A stretch of 64,000 nt of DNA from Minisyncoccota bacterium (lineage in GTDB: Bacteria; Patescibacteriota; Minisyncoccia; UBA6257; GWB1-50-10). Both the position numbers and the translations under genes were made by a program. The stretch is from positions 62,129 through 126,128 of the forward strand of contig JAGVBB010000002.1 of assembly GCA_020059915.1 (NCBI GenBank), in the 5' to 3' direction. Below, piece by piece: positions 47,779 through 57,095 of the stretch; the first letter of the stretch is position 1; every line of letters starts with the position of its first letter. Below the pieces are notes generated by a model. The model saw nothing but the letters and a program-made list of their open reading frames with translations. It was not told where the DNA came from and searched no databases.

Positions 47779-50216
47779 TATCTTTTTTTACCCCCCTTTT
47801 TTTGTTTATTTCTCATTTCAACAAGATCATTGCTAAATCTGTCCCGTTCTTTTTCAAGTCCCTTGCGTGCTGAGTTAAGATATTCTTTTTGATTATCGGT
47901 AGCGCCACTAATTACCTCATCAAGTTTTGGTAATATCTCCTGATTAATTGCTTCTATGCGGTTTGTGATATTTTTCTCATTATATTTCCCTTTTGTGAGA
48001 GTCGTTTTCCAATTTGAAACCTGCTCTTTAGTTCTGTTTATTGTTTCGTCAATTGCAACAATTGTTGGATCTGTTGTATTTTTTAATTCGCCAAGTTTTT
48101 CAACGCGCTTCTTTTCTAGATCACTTACATGTTCTTCTAGTGCGTCAAAAACTCTCTTTGTCTCTGGTGAATTTCCCAGAAGACCGTTGAGTTTATATTG
48201 AAGTGACGACGCACGATCTTGGTAGAATTTTGGATCAAGTCCATCAATTGCGTTTTTGTCTGCAAGATCCCTTGTTTTCTTAATTTCACTTTCAAACTCT
48301 TGGATTGTTTCTGGTGTTTCAAAATTCTTTTTAATAACGTTTTCCATTGTTTCTCGTTTCTTTTCAACAAACTTCTTTTCACTCTCAGTTTTTACTTCTT
48401 TTTGTTGTTTGAGAAGCTTTGAGTATTCATTGCTGAGGTCACCCTCATTCATGTCGCCCCACTTACCACGCAACGCAGAAATGGTTTTTTGTTGTGATTC
48501 TTCAAATTTCTTGTTAAATTCTTTAAGATTTGAAATCTTGAACCCTTTTGTTTTAAGTTCCTCAAGAGTCTTAAGGAGTTTTTCGTGATCTTTTTCACGA
48601 TCTTCTGGTGTTTTGTCTTTCTCGTCTTTTTTCTCTTTCTCTTTTATAATCCCAGCACCCTGAAATGCACCCTTGAGTAAACCATCAGCCCAACCACCCC
48701 TCTTAATTTCCTTACTTGCCTGTCCAGCGAGTGCGGATTCAATTGGTTTACCAACTTTTTGTCCCAAACTACCAACTTTGCGCGCAAATAGTCCACCTGT
48801 CATATTTTTAAGTGACATCATTGTGCGTGACTTTCCAGCAATATCTTTATTTGCATCATTTAATGATTTTTCCAACTCCTTCTTTTCTTCTGGAGAAAGT
48901 TTTTTATCATTTCTTATTTCTTTAAGGTCTTTATGGTAGGTATCAAATTTTTTCCTCTTTTGTTCCATATCTTCCCCAGTTCCCTTAAGATTCTTACCCA
49001 TTAATCCCATTTTTGTAGCAAATTTTCCACCCCATTCGGATCGTGAAAGGCGCGTACCTATGTTTGCCGCTTTGTTCTTACCATATGTCTTTGCCCCCTT
49101 CATAAGGCCATCTTTTGCTTTATTTGCAAGAGACGCTCCTTCAATTCCCATTTTTTGAGCAACAGTAATTGCACCAATCATAAGTCCAGCAACTACAATC
49201 ATTTGAGTTCCATTTTGTACAATCTGTGCTAATGGTCCTGGCAGTGTTTCAGCAATACCAGCAAGCTTTCCCCTGTTTGATGGATCTGCAAGATTTTCTG
49301 CCGCAACGAGCGAGAGATAAACAAAGAAAGATGCCGCAGGAGCAAAGAAGGTGTATTTCCAAAAATTTGACCACCACTGTGCATTATATGATTTGAGTCC
49401 AGGGAATACCCAAAACAACCAGGCAAGTGGCGCAAGCACGAGAAGAAATGTAAGGGCAACATACCGCACCAAAAACATACCAGCGAGCATCAAAAGTACA
49501 ATTGTTGCAAGAAGTGTAAAGAATACTATAAAGAATAACCCAGCAATTGAGGAAAGAACCTGAACACCAAAGGTAAAAAAACCACCTCCTTCTTGTGCGG
49601 GGTCTGGTGGAAGTGGGTCATCAGACTCTTCTAATAAGAATTTTTGTGGCCCAAATGCATTTGCAAGTACCTCGGTAAGCCCACTTCCTGGTACCAAGCT
49701 ACTACCACCACTTGGGTCAATTCTTCCTACAAAAAACCACGTGAGTGTATTGGAAAAATCTATAAGTGTTCCCGCAATAACAAAACTGAAATTTACCACT
49801 ACTGCCGCGATAATAAGGTTGAGTAACAATTTTTTTGCCCCATATGATTGGACGCGAATTATAGTCATGAACGCCATAATGACGGTCAGAAGAACAAAGC
49901 CAAGATTTGCTATATCTCTTGATACTCTCCAACCAATGTCAGCAATTGGATTTGCAGCAGGGTCCGCAACATACATATTGAGATCAACGAGGGTAAATTT
50001 AACAAGCCATGCGCCTATAGCAAAAAATATTCCCGCAATAAAGTTAAATATGTAGGCGATTAATTTAAAAACACCAGTTACAACACCGGAGAGGGAAATA
50101 CCAAAAAGTGCATGTGAGACGTTCGGTGTAAGTACTCCTGCAGCAAAAACAAAACCCAAAACAATCCCCAGGATTATATGTTTTCTATGTTGTTTTAGGA
50201 TTGTTGTTATGGGCAT
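47778..50216 (-). CDS. VirB6/TrbL-like polytopic membrane protein with a ~400-aa Lys/Glu-rich coiled-coil C-terminal tail
   Basis: Signal/TM1 plus ~7 more hydrophobic helices in the first ~400 aa with Trp/Phe-rich loops; C-terminal half is highly charged and predicted alpha-helical. Confidence 0.45.
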   Translation of the reverse strand: MPITTILKQHRKHIILGIVLGFVFAAGVLTPNVSHALFGISLSGVVTGVFKLIAYIFNFIAGIFFAIGAWLVKFTLVDLNMYVADPAANPIADIGWRVSRDIANLGFVLLTVIMAFMTIIRVQSYGAKKLLLNLIIAAVVVNFSFVIAGTLIDFSNTLTWFFVGRIDPSGGSSLVPGSGLTEVLANAFGPQKFLLEESDDPLPPDPAQEGGGFFTFGVQVLSSIAGLFFIVFFTLLATIVLLMLAGMFLVRYVALTFLLVLAPLAWLFWVFPGLKSYNAQWWSNFWKYTFFAPAASFFVYLSLVAAENLADPSNRGKLAGIAETLPGPLAQIVQNGTQMIVVAGLMIGAITVAQKMGIEGASLANKAKDGLMKGAKTYGKNKAANIGTRLSRSEWGGKFATKMGLMGKNLKGTGEDMEQKRKKFDTYHKDLKEIRNDKKLSPEEKKELEKSLNDANKDIAGKSRTMMSLKNMTGGLFARKVGSLGQKVGKPIESALAGQASKEIKRGGWADGLLKGAFQGAGIIKEKEKKDEKDKTPEDREKDHEKLLKTLEELKTKGFKISNLKEFNKKFEESQQKTISALRGKWGDMNEGDLSNEYSKLLKQQKEVKTESEKKFVEKKRETMENVIKKNFETPETIQEFESEIKKTRDLADKNAIDGLDPKFYQDRASSLQYKLNGLLGNSPETKRVFDALEEHVSDLEKKRVEKLGELKNTTDPTIVAIDETINRTKEQVSNWKTTLTKGKYNEKNITNRIEAINQEILPKLDEVISGATDNQKEYLNSARKGLEKERDRFSNDLVEMRNKQKKGGKKR

Positions 50217-50218
50217 GA

Positions 50219-52186
50219 TTATTCTTCAAAAAAACTTGGACATGTATAGATTGTTGCGTTTATACATGAGTTATATAGTGCGTTTATTTCTATAATCTTT
50301 GTCGCAGAAAACACCTTTGCGTTATATATATTTTGTGATATTTCAGATATATTTTCTTCAATTGAATTGAGTGCCGTGCTTATTGTTGATATCCCTCCTT
50401 GTGATGTTGTGGTAGTTGGTTTATTTATCTGTCCAAATGCATCTGTTGTTGTGCTTAAAAGTAAATAAGACCCATTAATTGATGTAGTGTGGCTGTTAAT
50501 TAGATTTTGATCCCTTTTTGTTGATAGACAAAGTTCTCCATTAATTGATGATTTTACCCTCTCACAATTTGCAAGTAGTGTTATCTTATTATTTAGTTGG
50601 ATTAGTGATGTTTTTACAACTCCCAGTGAAGAACTCACATTTTGAAGTGATGTTTCTACATCATTATACTGAGTTTGCAGATTTATTAGTTGTTGGTTTT
50701 GTATTCCTGTTTGTGTTTGGTTTTGTATTCCTGTTTCTGATTGTCCTAATACATCATTTGTGTTTTTATTTTGTTCATAGCTGTCTTTTATTCCTTGATC
50801 TTGTGGAGATCCAGAGCGACCCGTTCCAGAATTACTTTTTATTCCATCACCAGCAAGTAACCCTTTTCCGACATTCACAATTCCTTGCACTCCTTTGTTA
50901 ATAAGACGATTGACGGCGGCATCAAAAACGACATCAATATAATCCTCGAGGTTTTCTGCGTTCGCAATGTAGTGTTGATCTTGATTAAATGTTGACTGAA
51001 GAGCTGTCTTTGTTGTGTCTCCGGGAGTATTTATATAGGTATGAGTACATTTCCACCCACTATAGTGTGGGGTATATAGATTTAAAAGAGAGAGGTTTGT
51101 TGAGTTCTGTTTTGCAAGTTGTGTTAATCCCGTGTCATAAGATATTCCAGCAGCATTTGTTGTTGGTTTTTGTGGGTCTGGAAATTCTTCACTAAATCCG
51201 GTAGTAACTACCTGAGAAACAACCTTCCCATTCTCATTAAGTAGGTTGAGAGTCCATTCACTACAAACTTTTTCTCCTTTAAATCCTGACGCCGTCAGTG
51301 ATTCTTGTGTCGCCTCTTGTTTCTTCTCATCAATGACTTTGTATGCCTCATCCAGTGCGAGAATCTCCAATCCAAAGCGATTATTATTAGGAGAAAGTGT
51401 TTCATTATAAGCGATCCATCCACCATTTCTGAAATCGTTTCCAAAGTCACTTATGTTTTGTACAATTTTATCTAGTGTACATTGTGTTTCTTGTGTAAAC
51501 TTTTTCTGTGTAGGAGCGCGCAAATTCAATTGTAATTTTAGAGACAATTTTTCATCACATAAGTTTCCTAGTCCGACATCTCTTGCAACGTCTCCAATCG
51601 CCGATTGATAAGAATCCTCGAACACATCACCAAAGTTTGTGATGAATCTTGGGGTTCCCTTAAAGTCATTATTTATCCATTCTATTGTCTGATCTGCGAT
51701 ACGATCAAGGAGTTGTTTTTTAAGTCTTGCAAGTGCAATATTTAGTGCAAAATCAGTGATTGCGGTGAGGCAGTCTTGTGCTTGTCCCTCTGCTAATTTT
51801 GCTTGAATCTCATCTGATTTATTCTCTTGTGTTTCTCGTATCTTGCTTTGCGCTTTTGATATTGCTTCCAATGTTTGCAGATCAAACACAGGCACAGACA
51901 TAACACTTCCCGTTATTGCATTTTGTACGAGATCTCGAAGTTCTTGTTCTGCAAGTTCTCTTGCCTCAGTTTTTGCAAGATCTATTGCTTTCTGTCTCAT
52001 TTCTTCTTTAATCCTCGCTGCTTCTGCGCCGATACCAAAACATTGGGAAGCTATATCAGCGAGACCACCGGCATTTACATGTTTTACAAAATAAACATTC
52101 ACAGAAAATATTGATGCTACAAGTAATAATGATATTATTTTTAAAACAGATTTTTTCATTGTAGAGAAGAAATTGCTACATTCCAC
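50219..52186 (-). CDS. large secreted hypothetical protein (cluster gene) with an internal tandem repeat
   Basis: Signal peptide MKKSVLKIISLLLVASIFSVNVYFVKHVNA; Gln/Asn/Thr-rich; direct 24-nt DNA repeat at ~50690..50745 encoding TGIQNQTQ x2. Confidence 0.45.
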   Translation of the reverse strand: MECSNFFSTMKKSVLKIISLLLVASIFSVNVYFVKHVNAGGLADIASQCFGIGAEAARIKEEMRQKAIDLAKTEARELAEQELRDLVQNAITGSVMSVPVFDLQTLEAISKAQSKIRETQENKSDEIQAKLAEGQAQDCLTAITDFALNIALARLKKQLLDRIADQTIEWINNDFKGTPRFITNFGDVFEDSYQSAIGDVARDVGLGNLCDEKLSLKLQLNLRAPTQKKFTQETQCTLDKIVQNISDFGNDFRNGGWIAYNETLSPNNNRFGLEILALDEAYKVIDEKKQEATQESLTASGFKGEKVCSEWTLNLLNENGKVVSQVVTTGFSEEFPDPQKPTTNAAGISYDTGLTQLAKQNSTNLSLLNLYTPHYSGWKCTHTYINTPGDTTKTALQSTFNQDQHYIANAENLEDYIDVVFDAAVNRLINKGVQGIVNVGKGLLAGDGIKSNSGTGRSGSPQDQGIKDSYEQNKNTNDVLGQSETGIQNQTQTGIQNQQLINLQTQYNDVETSLQNVSSSLGVVKTSLIQLNNKITLLANCERVKSSINGELCLSTKRDQNLINSHTTSINGSYLLLSTTTDAFGQINKPTTTTSQGGISTISTALNSIEENISEISQNIYNAKVFSATKIIEINALYNSCINATIYTCPSFFEE

Positions 52187-52902
52187 ACAATATCATCATT
52201 TTTAATGAGTGTAGAAAGGTTTTCAACAACGGCTATTACTTTTACTGGGTCGTCTGGGTTTTCAATAATAATTTTTGCGAGTGTTCTTCTTTTTTCAGCG
52301 TTGTTTAATATTGCTAGATGGAAGTCCTCCCAACCGGAAAATGCTGGAGTTTCCAATAAGAAATCAATATACTCAGATTCTGCATTTATATGTTTCTGCA
52401 AATCATCTGATTTTTTTTCCAAAACAAAAATACCAACCGCAGAAACAATATTTGTTTCTCTCTTTCTTTCTATTTCAACATCTTTTTTCTCTATTTTTTC
52501 TATGTATGATATAAGATCTGTTAGTGTTGATTTTTTCTCTATAGTAATGTCTTTTTTTGTATAAATTTGGGAAAGTATTGGTTGGGTTGTATATTTTTGG
52601 ATAATATTCTGTATATCAACCTCATTTGGGAGAAGTATTTCATCGCCACCTTTTTTGTTTTTATTATATTCAAAAATAGCAAGTTCATAATCTTTTATTG
52701 TCTGTTCGGTTGCGTTAAAGTTTGGCTCGTTTAGAGAATATATAGATTTTCTATCGTTTTTTAAAAATTGTGAGTCATTTTTTTCAGAACCAGTTATTTG
52801 TGCTGATGACAGGTTTTTATCGGTTGTGTAGAACAAAAGATATGCGGAATAAGCAATTCCGATCATGACAATACCAACTGAGAGGATCTTTTTATTCCTC
52901 AT
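52156..52902 (-). CDS. hypothetical bitopic membrane protein (possible VirB8-like position; first gene of the cluster)
   Basis: Single N-terminal TM anchor plus a ~215-aa extracytoplasmic domain. Confidence 0.35.
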   Translation of the reverse strand: MRNKKILSVGIVMIGIAYSAYLLFYTTDKNLSSAQITGSEKNDSQFLKNDRKSIYSLNEPNFNATEQTIKDYELAIFEYNKNKKGGDEILLPNEVDIQNIIQKYTTQPILSQIYTKKDITIEKKSTLTDLISYIEKIEKKDVEIERKRETNIVSAVGIFVLEKKSDDLQKHINAESEYIDFLLETPAFSGWEDFHLAILNNAEKRRTLAKIIIENPDDPVKVIAVVENLSTLIKNDDIVWNVAISSLQ

Positions 52903-53708
52903 TACTTTTCATTATACAACATTTTTGCAAGCTCCATTATAGTTTCAGAGCTCAGGACCTGTGCCCTCGTGTTTTCTGGAATATTTAACCTAGTTAATAT
53001 ATTTTGAATGTCATTTTTTTTGAACGTTTTCTCAATGTCTGCTTCCCTGAGGTTGTTCAATATTGTTTTTCTTGGGTGTTTGAATAGTGCTTTCGTAACA
53101 ACTATATATCTTTCGATTTCCTCTTTTTTATATTGGTTGTGTGTAATTAGTTGAATAACCGCAGAATCAACCTTTGGTGGTGGCGAAAATTGATTTCGTG
53201 GTACTTGTTTGATAATCATCGCGTCTGCAAAGGAAGAAATAATCGCCGAAAGAAGATTTTGGTGTGGCGGTTTTTGAGTTGCTCGTAATGCTACCTCTTT
53301 TTGTATAAGGAGTGTTGTGGTGTGAGGTTTGATGGAGAGATTGCTAATAATACGAAACAAAAATGAGGTTATATAGTATGGTATATTCCCCACTATCACA
53401 TAATTCTTTAATTTTTGGGCATCAGGGAGTATTGGTAAAATTTCCCTTACATCTCCGCGGAACAACCTGTTTTTTGTTGAACTACTAGTAAGAAGGGTAT
53501 CAATTTTTTCAAAGAATCCCTGATCTTTTTCTATACAAAAAAGTGATCCATTTAGTTTATTAATTTCTGGAAGCAAAAAATTGGTTAACTCTCCATGTCC
53601 TGGGCCTATTTCAATGAGTGTTTCTCCCTCTTTTAACTTAGTGTTTTTTGCTATAAATGAGAGTGTTTCTTTTTCCTTTAAAAAGTGCTGTCCAAGTTTC
53701 TGTCGCAT
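52902..53708 (-). CDS. rsmA: 16S rRNA (adenine1518/1519-N6)-dimethyltransferase
   Basis: MRQKLGQHFL...LIEIGPGHGELT motif; start set at the internal Met, because the 135-aa N-terminal extension in the ORF track is the out-of-frame shadow of the neighbouring gene. Confidence 0.8.
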   Translation of the reverse strand: MRQKLGQHFLKEKETLSFIAKNTKLKEGETLIEIGPGHGELTNFLLPEINKLNGSLFCIEKDQGFFEKIDTLLTSSSTKNRLFRGDVREILPILPDAQKLKNYVIVGNIPYYITSFLFRIISNLSIKPHTTTLLIQKEVALRATQKPPHQNLLSAIISSFADAMIIKQVPRNQFSPPPKVDSAVIQLITHNQYKKEEIERYIVVTKALFKHPRKTILNNLREADIEKTFKKNDIQNILTRLNIPENTRAQVLSSETIMELAKMLYNEK

Positions 53709-53710
53709 AT

Positions 53711-54082
53711 TTATGGAGTTGATGGGATGGATGACCCATAAAGCATTATTGGAAACGCATAAACGGGTGTTGGTACGCCAGGTGGTGGAATGGGTATCCA
53801 ACAAATGGGCGCAAGTGCCGGCGTGTACAACCCGAGCACGTAGCCACCAGGTGTTATTGCATAATTCATAAAGCGTCCGGTAGCTGGTTGTGTTCCATAA
53901 ATTGCTGCGGGGGCGATTCCAGAAGGAATGATGGTAATTGGGCCCAATCCACCAGAACAGACAATTGGTGGGGCCATTGATGTGACCACTTTTCCACCGA
54001 ATCCACGGAGAATATTTTGTGCAAATATTTTGTTTGGCGAAAATAGCAAGAGTAAGAATATAACAAAGAAGATTTTTTTCAT
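53711..54082 (-). CDS. small secreted Pro/Gly-rich hypothetical protein
   Basis: Classic signal peptide MKKIFFVIFLLLLFSPNKIFA; ends 2 nt before the rsmA start. Confidence 0.4.
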   Translation of the reverse strand: MKKIFFVIFLLLLFSPNKIFAQNILRGFGGKVVTSMAPPIVCSGGLGPITIIPSGIAPAAIYGTQPATGRFMNYAITPGGYVLGLYTPALAPICWIPIPPPGVPTPVYAFPIMLYGSSIPSTP

Positions 54083-54193
54083 CGTATATATGAAGTATAC
54101 AAAAGAATTGAATAATTACCAAAAAATTGGTATAGTACCTGCATTATAGATATTAAGGGGAATTTCCGCGCTTTGCGCGGTTTTATAGGAGAA

Positions 54194-55183
54194 ATGGATA
54201 CAAAACGGTTTGCCAACCTATTTTGTTTGTTTTTGTTACTTCTCCTTTCGTACGGAGTTGTTTTTGCCCAAAAAAACATTTTGTTTAAAGAAGACTTCAG
54301 TGCTCAGAAATTCTCAAAAGGGGGTCCGATAAGTGAAATTATTGACCCAACATATTCTGGTATTGTGGTGTGGAATTTTAACACACAACAAAAAGAAGAC
54401 GATATTGAAAAGAGTTTTTTGACTGATGCCCCATCTCCAAACACAAATATTGGCACTGCTCGTGATGGGGTTAGACAATACAAAGTTCAAAAAGGTGAAA
54501 CATTGAAGGGAATTGCTTCAAAGTTCTCCCTTTCTATAGAAACAATTAAGAGCGCAAATCCACAGATTAAAAATGAGGTAAAAAGAGGAGATAATATAAC
54601 TATACTCCCTCTCAATGGAATTCTTTATGATATTCAAGATGGTGACACCATACATGCTATAGCAAATCGATATGAAATATCTGAAAATCTCATCAAGCAA
54701 TTTAATCCTTCATTTATAACAATGTTTGCAGAATCAAGTGGAAAAATATTTTTACCATATGCAAAACAAAAAGGAGATGAAATAAGAGCAAAGGACCTAA
54801 AAGATGTTTCGCAGCTACTTTCTCTGCCTGCTATTGGATGGAATTGGGGAGAATTACACAAGGAGAATGCTGTTGATATAGCAAATAAATGTGGAACCAA
54901 TGTTGTCGCCGCCGCCGATGGGGTGGTAATCAAGGATGTTGAATTAGGAGATGGATCATCTGGTTGGAATAACGGTTATGGCATATTCATACTTTTGGAG
55001 CATGCAAATGGCATAAAAACAAGATATGCGCATCTTGAAGATATTGTTGTAGATATTGGTGATGTTGTCTCGAGGGGACAAAAAATTGGGACAATGGGAT
55101 CAACGGGAAATACCGAGACAGTGAACGGATGTCACGTACACTTTGAGGTGTTGGGAGGGAAAAATCCGTTTACCACAAAGTAG
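54194..55183 (+). CDS. LysM-domain M23 family peptidase
   Basis: Signal peptide, two LysM repeats (YKVQKGETLKGIA...; YDIQDGDTIHAIA...), M23 motifs (GYGIFILLEH..., HVHFEV); AGGAG Shine-Dalgarno sequence before the ATG at 54194. Confidence 0.8.
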   Translation: MDTKRFANLFCLFLLLLLSYGVVFAQKNILFKEDFSAQKFSKGGPISEIIDPTYSGIVVWNFNTQQKEDDIEKSFLTDAPSPNTNIGTARDGVRQYKVQKGETLKGIASKFSLSIETIKSANPQIKNEVKRGDNITILPLNGILYDIQDGDTIHAIANRYEISENLIKQFNPSFITMFAESSGKIFLPYAKQKGDEIRAKDLKDVSQLLSLPAIGWNWGELHKENAVDIANKCGTNVVAAADGVVIKDVELGDGSSGWNNGYGIFILLEHANGIKTRYAHLEDIVVDIGDVVSRGQKIGTMGSTGNTETVNGCHVHFEVLGGKNPFTTK

Positions 55184-55187
55184 TTTT

Positions 55188-56714
55188 TTAATTGTTTTGT
55201 ATTCGATATTGGAATGCCTCTGCGAGGTGTTCTTTTTTTGTTTCTTTTGAATTTTCTATATCTGCAATAGTCCTTGCAACCTTAAGCATTCGATAGTATC
55301 CGCGTGTTGATAAGATATTTCTTTCGAGCACCTTCTTTAAAAAATTTTCTGCTTCAGGTGAAAGAAATGAAATTGTTTCAACATCTTTAGATCTCATTTC
55401 TGAATTTGTGTGTATCGGGATTTTCATTTCCTCAAATCTTTTTTGTTGAGTTTTTCTTGCAGTTGCTACAGTTTCTCTAAATTCTATATCACTACTTTCC
55501 TCTCGTTGTTTCCTCAACTCCTCTATAGGAACTCGTGGAACAATAATATGAATATCGAATCTGTCTAGAAGTGGACCAGATATTTTTTTCTTATATCTCA
55601 AGACATCATGTGCGGTGCACATACACTCTTTTTCGTCGGACTCAAAATATCCACATGGACAGGGATTCATTGCTCCAACAAGAATAAATCGAGCCGGAAA
55701 AGAAAGTGTTTTTTTTGCTCGCGCAACACAAACCCTCCCTTCTTCAAGTGGCTGTCTCAATCCTTCAAGAACATCCCTGCGAAACTCTGGGAGTTCATCA
55801 AGAAATAAGACACCTCTATGTGCCAGGCTTATTTCCCCTGCTTTTGGATTTGTTCCACCGCCAAGGATTGCAGAGAGGGATGCGGAGTGGTGTGGCGCAC
55901 GGAATGGACGATTTTGTACATATGAGGACCTCCCGGTAAGCCCAGCAGAACTCCAAATACTTGTTACTTCGATTTGTTCTTTCAGTGTTGGTAGTGGGAG
56001 AATACTACGAAGTGCGTTTGCAAGCATTGTTTTCCCCGTTCCTGGCGTTCCTGTCATTAATATATTATGTCCTCCTGCGGCTGCAATCATGAGTGCTCGT
56101 TTTGCGCTCTCTTGTCCACGAACCTCACTCATGGTAGTTTCTCCCGGATATTGAGGTGTTATATGGATGTGTTTTAGAGGTGCTATTTCCCCTCTTTGTT
56201 CTATGTGTTCAATAAGACCTTTTAATGACTCCACTGGATACACAGATATTCCATCAACGATTGCGGCCTCTTGAGCGCACTCTGGTGGGAGAAAAAGCGA
56301 TGTAATACCAAGGCGCTTACAAAGAAGTGCAACATTAAGTGCCCCAGAAATTGGACGAAGTGTTCCATCGAGAGAAAGTTCTCCAATGAATAGTGATTTT
56401 TTTGTATTAAATGTTTTAACTTGTCCACTTGCAAGTAAGTATGCAAGAGCGATTGCTAGATCAAAGCGGGAGCCAACCTTTTTTATGTCTGCTGGTGCAA
56501 GATTAATGGTAATTTTTCTATTTTCTTTGGATGGTGGTTTTATTCCAGAATTTTTTAATGCAGAGTTTACTCGTTCTTTTGCCTCTGATACCGCTTTATC
56601 AGCAAGTCCGACGATATTAAAAGAATGGAGACCGACATGTAAGTCGGCCTCCACCTCAACGAGCTCGGCGTCTATTCCTTCTAGTTCTGCAGAAAGAATT
56701 TTTGAAACGCTCAT
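55188..56714 (-). CDS. YifB/ComM family Mg-chelatase-like AAA+ ATPase
   Basis: N-terminal Lon-like domain, Walker A GTPGTGKTMLA, C-terminal Mg_chelatase_C. Confidence 0.85.
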   Translation of the reverse strand: MSVSKILSAELEGIDAELVEVEADLHVGLHSFNIVGLADKAVSEAKERVNSALKNSGIKPPSKENRKITINLAPADIKKVGSRFDLAIALAYLLASGQVKTFNTKKSLFIGELSLDGTLRPISGALNVALLCKRLGITSLFLPPECAQEAAIVDGISVYPVESLKGLIEHIEQRGEIAPLKHIHITPQYPGETTMSEVRGQESAKRALMIAAAGGHNILMTGTPGTGKTMLANALRSILPLPTLKEQIEVTSIWSSAGLTGRSSYVQNRPFRAPHHSASLSAILGGGTNPKAGEISLAHRGVLFLDELPEFRRDVLEGLRQPLEEGRVCVARAKKTLSFPARFILVGAMNPCPCGYFESDEKECMCTAHDVLRYKKKISGPLLDRFDIHIIVPRVPIEELRKQREESSDIEFRETVATARKTQQKRFEEMKIPIHTNSEMRSKDVETISFLSPEAENFLKKVLERNILSTRGYYRMLKVARTIADIENSKETKKEHLAEAFQYRIQNN

Positions 56715-57058
56715 ATACTGTGCTCTGCAAGTTTACACTCTTTACACAACTTTGATTCGGGTCGTATAGAGAGAAGTTCATATGATATTTCTTTCCCACA
56801 CTGCTCACATATTCCATATGCTCCAGTAATTATCTTATCAAGCGCAATATCAATATCATGGATGGCGTCTTCCTCGATTTGTTCTACACCAAGGTAATTT
56901 GCGAACTCTTCTGTTTCGTCCCCCTCTTCTTCCAGGTCCTCAGATCCTCCCCCAAAGGTAGACTCCTTTTTTGCGTCTTTAAGGTGTGAAAGAATTTTTT
57001 TCTTCTCCTCTAGAAGTCTTATCTTTAATTCTTCCGTTTGTTCATTTGAAAAACTCAT
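56711..57058 (-). CDS. DksA/TraR family C4 zinc-finger protein
   Basis: CEQCGKEI...CKECK four-Cys finger and coiled-coil N-terminus. Confidence 0.65.
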   Translation of the reverse strand: MSFSNEQTEELKIRLLEEKKKILSHLKDAKKESTFGGGSEDLEEEGDETEEFANYLGVEQIEEDAIHDIDIALDKIITGAYGICEQCGKEISYELLSIRPESKLCKECKLAEHSI

Positions 57059-57095
57059 ATACTAAAAATACTTCGTCTTGTATTTGAATGCAAGT

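Noticed and set aside
50690-50745. Direct repeats as a possible CRISPR array
   Set aside because: Only two copies, contiguous with no spacers, and in-frame inside a long CDS; it is a coding tandem duplication. No repeat-spacer architecture exists anywhere in the window.
39864-52902. Integrative element, ICE or prophage origin for the 13-kb cluster
   Set aside because: There is no integrase, relaxase, coupling protein, flanking tRNA or direct repeats. The only tyrosine recombinase (62037..62914) is ~9 kb away with Xer-type housekeeping features. The cluster is embedded between jag and ksgA next to oriC and shows no compositional break by eye. It is treated as chromosomal, although a computed GC/k-mer profile would be needed to be sure.
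52902-54122. 406-aa form of the ksgA ORF
   Set aside because: The first 138 codons have no homology and an implausible composition. The conserved KsgA N-terminus begins at the internal Met, and a better small gene occupies the same DNA in another frame.
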